DNA from: a virus
Lineage: Duplodnaviria > Caudoviricetes
DNA: 39,160 nucleotides
Virus record (IMG/VR): IMGVR_UViG_3300020470_000058
Location: 1-39,160 of that record
Reading direction: 5' to 3' (one strand)
Below the pieces are notes generated by a model. The model was not told the DNA's origin. It ran no database searches and worked only from the letters and a program-made list of their open reading frames with translations. Positions 34,753 through 39,160 of the stretch are shown here, piece by piece; within the stretch, counting starts at the first letter, position 1; each line of letters begins with the position of its first letter. A program made the position numbers and the translations under genes.

Positions 34753-35487
34753 TTAGACACCAAACTGGGCTGCATCTCTCTGTTGTTGAGATAGTCCTAG
34801 GTTATCTAGGGTACCAGTAACAGAGTTAATAAACCTGTCTGGAGTATTATTTCCTAGTGCATCAGCACCGACTGTATCATATCTATATCTCTCGAAAGCA
34901 AATTTGACGTTATATTTAACTAACTGTGTAGGACCATTATTAAATGATAACTGTGACATATCTATAGGCCACGCAGCAAAGAATTGCCAAACACTAGTCA
35001 CACTATTAAGTCTCTGTGTATATGGAGTACCACTATCAGTTATACCAGCCCACTTAACAGGTGATCCTAACTCCCATTTTGTTACTAATAGGTTAGTTAC
35101 ATACTCATCATAAAATGTAGCTCTATTCTCTTGATCTGGTGCAGCATAATTCATCCATTTCTCAAAAAATAGACGATGCTGTGCATCCTTAGTCATCACA
35201 AATGATATTCCCACATCCTGATGTGTCTGACCATTTGCTAACTTAAACTTATTACCAACAACTTGTGGATGCTCTATAGCATCTGCTCTTTTACCTGGTA
35301 CGGTAACTGCATCTGCTAGGTAATTATTAGATATTTGTAAAGTCCTTTGATCCTTCCTAGTCATTGCATCATTAGCAAGCATACAGGTTGGTAGGAATAC
35401 CTTAATACCAAACAGGTTGGATCTAGCTGGTTCCTTCTTACCAGAAACTACCAGATCCTTAAAAATATCAAAACTATTGGCACTCAT
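34753..35487 (-). CDS. gp54: baseplate tail-tube initiator (gp54/gp19-like fold)
   Basis: ARSNLF.I...VTVPG...FFEKWMN...FYDEY...AWP..MS.LSF...VKFAFERY. Confidence 0.7.
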   Translation of the reverse strand: MSANSFDIFKDLVVSGKKEPARSNLFGIKVFLPTCMLANDAMTRKDQRTLQISNNYLADAVTVPGKRADAIEHPQVVGNKFKLANGQTHQDVGISFVMTKDAQHRLFFEKWMNYAAPDQENRATFYDEYVTNLLVTKWELGSPVKWAGITDSGTPYTQRLNSVTSVWQFFAAWPIDMSQLSFNNGPTQLVKYNVKFAFERYRYDTVGADALGNNTPDRFINSVTGTLDNLGLSQQQRDAAQFGV

Positions 35488-35963
35488 TTGAGTCTACTCC
35501 ATATAATGCTACTTGGTACTTCCATGGTACGACCTAGACCTTTTGGTCTAATGACGAATTGCTCGACTGGAAGTGGTGTCATGTCTTTCAATTCCTCGGA
35601 AGGTACATTATATGCTGAAGTGACACTATTCATAAAGTATTTATGATGGCAACGCATGGGATATGAAATACTACCAGCAGCCCAGGTATTTGCCATACTC
35701 TGTCTACTATTAGGTCTCAAATAGTGCATATTACCACCAGAGAATTGAAGTTTCTGGTAATCCACATCTGTGATTAGTACCATAGGGAAGGTATCCCAGA
35801 ATTTCAGATCTGGTGTCTGAGCTGAATAATTGAAAAATATAATATCTCCCACAGTAAAAGCACCTTCATATGCCTCCAGTCCATATTGAAGTTGCTCTCT
35901 ATACCATTGTTTAGACTGTGCCTTACCCTCAGCAAGATCTTTAACGTCTGTAAAAATGCTCAT
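35484..35963 (-). CDS. gp2: DNA end protector-like protein
   Basis: WYR...GDIIFFNYSA.T..L.FWDTFP.VLI...GGNMHYL.P...HKY...PLPVEQFV. Confidence 0.8.
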   Translation of the reverse strand: MSIFTDVKDLAEGKAQSKQWYREQLQYGLEAYEGAFTVGDIIFFNYSAQTPDLKFWDTFPMVLITDVDYQKLQFSGGNMHYLRPNSRQSMANTWAAGSISYPMRCHHKYFMNSVTSAYNVPSEELKDMTPLPVEQFVIRPKGLGRTMEVPSSIIWSRLK

Positions 35964-36394
35964 ACATTTAAGTGTTTTTCGGTCAGTATGATAAATGTCA
36001 TGCCTTTATGTGCACAAAACTGTCTTGCAGCTCTCCATTTAGCACTATTTACATTCCAAGTCTTAACTTCTGTTATAAAAGTCCTGGCTTTCTGCGATTT
36101 ACGTTTCGGGGGTTTAGTCTGTGCATCTGGTTTAATTTCGATGATCGATTTGGCGATTCTTCCATCCTTTGTTCGTGCCCTAACGTAAAAATCAGGATAA
36201 TAACGGTGAGTCCTGTTGTCCAAAGGGCTCCTATAAGGAATAATAATCTCTTCACTTCCCCACTCTAATACGTTTACATTACGGTCACACCAATGCATAA
36301 ACTTCTTTTCCCACAAACTCCTATAAATAATATTAGTGTGATCACCTTTGTACTTATGTTTGTTTGATGGTCGGAATTTTCCTGAGTAACTCAT
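35960..36394 (-). CDS. gp4: head completion nuclease (TnsA-like fold)
   Basis: YSGKFRP.N..KYKGD...YRSLWE...WGSEE..IPY...HRYYPDF...EIKP...N.AKW.AA...TEKHL. Confidence 0.93.
   Translation of the reverse strand: MSYSGKFRPSNKHKYKGDHTNIIYRSLWEKKFMHWCDRNVNVLEWGSEEIIIPYRSPLDNRTHRYYPDFYVRARTKDGRIAKSIIEIKPDAQTKPPKRKSQKARTFITEVKTWNVNSAKWRAARQFCAHKGMTFIILTEKHLNV
36322..36329 (+). promoter_or_regulatory. T4 late promoter TATAAATA for gp48-gp53, inside gp4
   Basis: Exact consensus 64 nt upstream of the ATG at 36393. Confidence 0.75.
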
Positions 36395-37415
36395 GTCATA
36401 CGTTTTTTCAAGTAAAGCCCCTTTAGTCTTCCCACAGGCGAAACCTTATGGTGTGAACTCTTCTACCAGTAGAGAGACTATCAGAGATGAATCTGCTTTT
36501 CCTACTGAAGTAATCGATTATCTAAAATTTGATATATTCGACCACAGAGAGAATACATTAAAGGATACAATATATCTATATTTACCCAAGACACTAAAAG
36601 AAGAATATGCACAGGATTGGGGTGCAGTTAAACTAGGTGCTGCTGGAGATGCAATTAAGGATGCTGCTAGAAAGGTAATTGATGCTAAGGGAGATCTAGG
36701 TCAAGCAAGTTTCTCTGATGAATTAAAGCAATTCGCTGATAGTGGAGTTAACCAGTTAGGATTTAAAGCAGGTGCTGATGCTATTAACAGTGCATTAGGT
36801 GTAGTTGGTCAAAATGCAGGTTTAGATAGAGACTCACTAGCATCTTTAACAACAGGTAAGATATTCAACCCATACGCAGAATCAGTATTTAAAGGTCAAC
36901 AGTCCTTCAGAAAGCATAGTTGGACATGGACAATGATTCCAAAGAATGCTAAGGAAGTTAGAACCATATATCAAATTATTAAAACATTCCGTCAATCAGT
37001 ATTACCAGGCAAATCTGATAAAAACTGGTTAAATATCCCAGAATACTTCCGTGCTCAAATCGTACGATATGTAGATAGAGGTGGTGGTAACGAGGAAATC
37101 GGAAATCCCAAGAATGGTGGATTTGGTGGAATATTAAGCTCAATAATGCAATTCCCAACCAAATTGGTATGTGATAACTTCTCAATTAATATGCCTGACT
37201 ACAGATCAGTAAGATCTACAATGGCAAATAGTAAAGAAGCAGATTTCGGTGCTTTAAGGTATGATTTATCCTTAAGTTTCCAAGAAACAGAATTCCTTAC
37301 TAAGGAAACATTTGAACCACCTGGTTTCAACCTAGATTCAAACACTAACTGGTCTGAACCAATGGATGATGATGAATTATATGCTTGGGCTGGCAACACT
37401 ACAGGACTTTGGTAA
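36393..37415 (+). CDS. gp48: baseplate tail-tube cap
   Basis: IYLYLP...W...LG, IFNPY.E..FKG...R.H...MIPKNAKE...II..FR...P, LSFQETEFLTK. Confidence 0.85.
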   Translation: MSYVFSSKAPLVFPQAKPYGVNSSTSRETIRDESAFPTEVIDYLKFDIFDHRENTLKDTIYLYLPKTLKEEYAQDWGAVKLGAAGDAIKDAARKVIDAKGDLGQASFSDELKQFADSGVNQLGFKAGADAINSALGVVGQNAGLDRDSLASLTTGKIFNPYAESVFKGQQSFRKHSWTWTMIPKNAKEVRTIYQIIKTFRQSVLPGKSDKNWLNIPEYFRAQIVRYVDRGGGNEEIGNPKNGGFGGILSSIMQFPTKLVCDNFSINMPDYRSVRSTMANSKEADFGALRYDLSLSFQETEFLTKETFEPPGFNLDSNTNWSEPMDDDELYAWAGNTTGLW

Positions 37416-38282
37416 ATGAGTTATTTCAATAATCTACCCGATGTCTATGTAAGGACATCCAGTTATAGACAAGATAATGTCGATCCATACACTCTTGCTA
37501 AAAACCTCTTTAGGAGAATAAAAATCCGTGAAGAGTTAGATGATGTTATTTTAGGTTTTACTCAATATACGATTAAAAACAATCAGAGACCTGATCAAGT
37601 TGCAGGTGAAGTATATGGTGATATGGGTAAAGATTGGGTTGTACTACTATGCAACAATATAATCAATCTATATGAAGAATGGCCCATGTCAGAAGATGAG
37701 ATGGAAAGGTATATTGACAGTGAATATGAGGAAGACGCAGATTCAGTCCATCATTGGGTTACTCAAGAAATCAAAGATATGAAAGGTCGTGTATTAGTGA
37801 AAGGTGGTCGTATAGTACCAGAAGATTGGTCATATACCAGACCTGACGGAACTGTAATTGCCAAAGAAGACACTGTTAGACCAATATCCGTCTATGACTA
37901 TGAATTAGAGAAAAATGACCAAAAACGCAATATTTACCTTTTGCGTAAACAGTACTTAAGTGGGTTTGTTGAAGAATTTAGCAATTTGGTACAATATCTT
38001 CCAAATCTCGAAGTTAACGATGAAGACCAAATTAAGAAATCCTTCAATACTACTCAAGAGCAGTTTCAGAGCGTTAAACCGACTTATAGCACAAATATCG
38101 GTCAAACAAGTTCTATCGAATTTGCGTCTGAAGCAGATTATTCATCTAAGACGTTTGACACCTCTGGTGCTACTATTAGCGAAGGTGACGTTTTATCGGA
38201 TGGAAGCACAGTAGTCACAACATCAACAACTAACCAACAGGATACTTCTACAAGTAACTCATTTGGGTCTAGTGGGTATTAA
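37416..38282 (+). CDS. gp53: baseplate wedge subunit
   Basis: MSYFNNLP...KNLFRR...YTI....RPDQVA..VYGD....WVVLL.NNIIN...EWP...YDYE...ND.KRNI.LL; Ser/Thr-rich C-terminal tail. Confidence 0.92.
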   Translation: MSYFNNLPDVYVRTSSYRQDNVDPYTLAKNLFRRIKIREELDDVILGFTQYTIKNNQRPDQVAGEVYGDMGKDWVVLLCNNIINLYEEWPMSEDEMERYIDSEYEEDADSVHHWVTQEIKDMKGRVLVKGGRIVPEDWSYTRPDGTVIAKEDTVRPISVYDYELEKNDQKRNIYLLRKQYLSGFVEEFSNLVQYLPNLEVNDEDQIKKSFNTTQEQFQSVKPTYSTNIGQTSSIEFASEADYSSKTFDTSGATISEGDVLSDGSTVVTTSTTNQQDTSTSNSFGSSGY

Positions 38283-38303
38283 TACTTAGCGACCCCTACA
38301 GAC

Positions 38304-38334
38304 AAAAAAATACCCCCGATTTTTTCGGGGGTTT
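38304..38334. terminator. bidirectional intrinsic terminator
   Basis: A7 tract, ACCCCCGA-TTTTT-TCGGGGGT hairpin, short T run; lies between convergent gp53 and 38362..38700. Confidence 0.9.
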
Positions 38335-38361
38335 CTCTTGTTCAAAAAGTCGAATAATATA

Positions 38362-38700
38362 TCAAAGTGGTCTGACTCTTCTTCTGCACCTTTCCCACTC
38401 GATCACGTCACGTCTTTCATAATATCCTGGGATCCATGTGTTGCCATGACCTAGGTAATGACCTGGTACCCAATATTTCTTTGTGACCGTTACTTCACAC
38501 CTTCTACGATATGGACCGTAATGTGGATGTGGATGATGGTGGTCGTACCTCCAATCATGCCAATGTCCACCGCCATGATCGTGTCCATGATGATAAGACT
38601 CTACAAACGGCTCCCAGAATTCCTTCCAAGTTAATGCTTCTGCACGGACTGGTGTAGTAACACCAATGAGTAGAAGTGGGAGCAGTAGTAGTTTCTTCAT
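38362..38700 (-). CDS. secreted His-rich protein with WxPGxY repeats
   Basis: Signal peptide MKKLLLLPLLLIGVTTPVRA; YHHGHDHGGGHWHDWRYDHHHPHPH; WVPGHY and WIPGYY. Confidence 0.75.
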   Translation of the reverse strand: MKKLLLLPLLLIGVTTPVRAEALTWKEFWEPFVESYHHGHDHGGGHWHDWRYDHHHPHPHYGPYRRRCEVTVTKKYWVPGHYLGHGNTWIPGYYERRDVIEWERCRRRVRPL

Positions 38701-39160
38701 TAGTCTTCGTTAGCTAGAGCAGCAAAATAGGAAAGATCTGGTGAATCACCCTTCTCTTCTATTTCTTCTATTTTAGCACCAAACCCTGACTTTGTGGGGG
38801 TAGGTGGGTCCGCTTTAACAACTGGACTAGTAAGAGGTACTAAATCCTCGTCTTCTTCGTTTGTTTGTACAACAGGTCTTGATGACTTGTTAAGCACAAC
38901 ATTCAAACGTGCTGATAACTCCTCATAACTCTTGAAGTTCTTAAGGTCAGTAAACTCTTTAAGAGAGTATTGTGACTTCCAGACTGCTTCAAGTGCATCA
39001 TCTTCTAGTCCACCTAGGACTGATGGTGCATCAAACTCACTCTTATCATAATTCCAGTAACCGCCTATAGTTTGGATTTTGATTTTAAAGTTAGCACCCT
39101 TCCAAAGATCGAAAGGATTTATTGGAGTTTCATCTTCAAACTGTGGTTGCATTGCTGATG
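38700..39160 (-). CDS. gp32: single-stranded DNA-binding protein, C-terminal part (N-terminus outside window)
   Basis: MQPQFEDETPINPFDLWKGANFKIKI...GYWNYDKSEF...FKSYEEL..RL..VL; acidic tail DLSYFAALANED. Confidence 0.95.
   Translation of the reverse strand, partial: SAMQPQFEDETPINPFDLWKGANFKIKIQTIGGYWNYDKSEFDAPSVLGGLEDDALEAVWKSQYSLKEFTDLKNFKSYEELSARLNVVLNKSSRPVVQTNEEDEDLVPLTSPVVKADPPTPTKSGFGAKIEEIEEKGDSPDLSYFAALANED

Noticed and set aside
1856-36268. Many plus-strand ORFs antisense to long genes (e.g. 2265..2699, 6579..7049, 18134..18577, 25726..26208, 30708..31370)
   Set aside because: Shadow frames expected from codon bias; no recognisable motifs or expression signals.
35960-36394. Tn7-like transposon or homing endonuclease (TnsA-like fold)
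   Set aside because: Sequence and position next to gp2 and gp48/gp53 identify core T4 gp4; no transposon ends or partner genes.

Overview
AT-rich segment of a T4-like marine cyanomyovirus (Prochlorococcus/Synechococcus phage type), almost all on the minus strand. From right to left: the end of gp32; a His-rich secreted protein; the baseplate/head-completion block (gp53 and gp48 on +; gp4, gp2, gp54, gp26, gp51, two tape-measure/gp29-like paralogues, gp27-like, gp5 on -) with cp12 and cpeT inserted; a ParB-like gene under its own perfect sigma70 promoter; an early small-ORF operon leading into talC; an isolated plus-strand small-protein unit with an NtcA-like box; and a run of large fibre proteins. 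The most striking part is ~0.6-11.4 kb: three paralogous Gly-rich fibre-tip/adhesin-like proteins and a chaperone-like gene lead straight into two flavin-dependent halogenases, a dUTPase-fold-like protein and five Fe(II)/2-oxoglutarate or JmjC oxygenases. I propose, as inference, that this is a virion-fibre tailoring (halogenation/hydroxylation) system. All family calls are from motif recognition by eye; no searches were run. No tRNA, rRNA, CRISPR, integrase or reverse transcriptase was seen.
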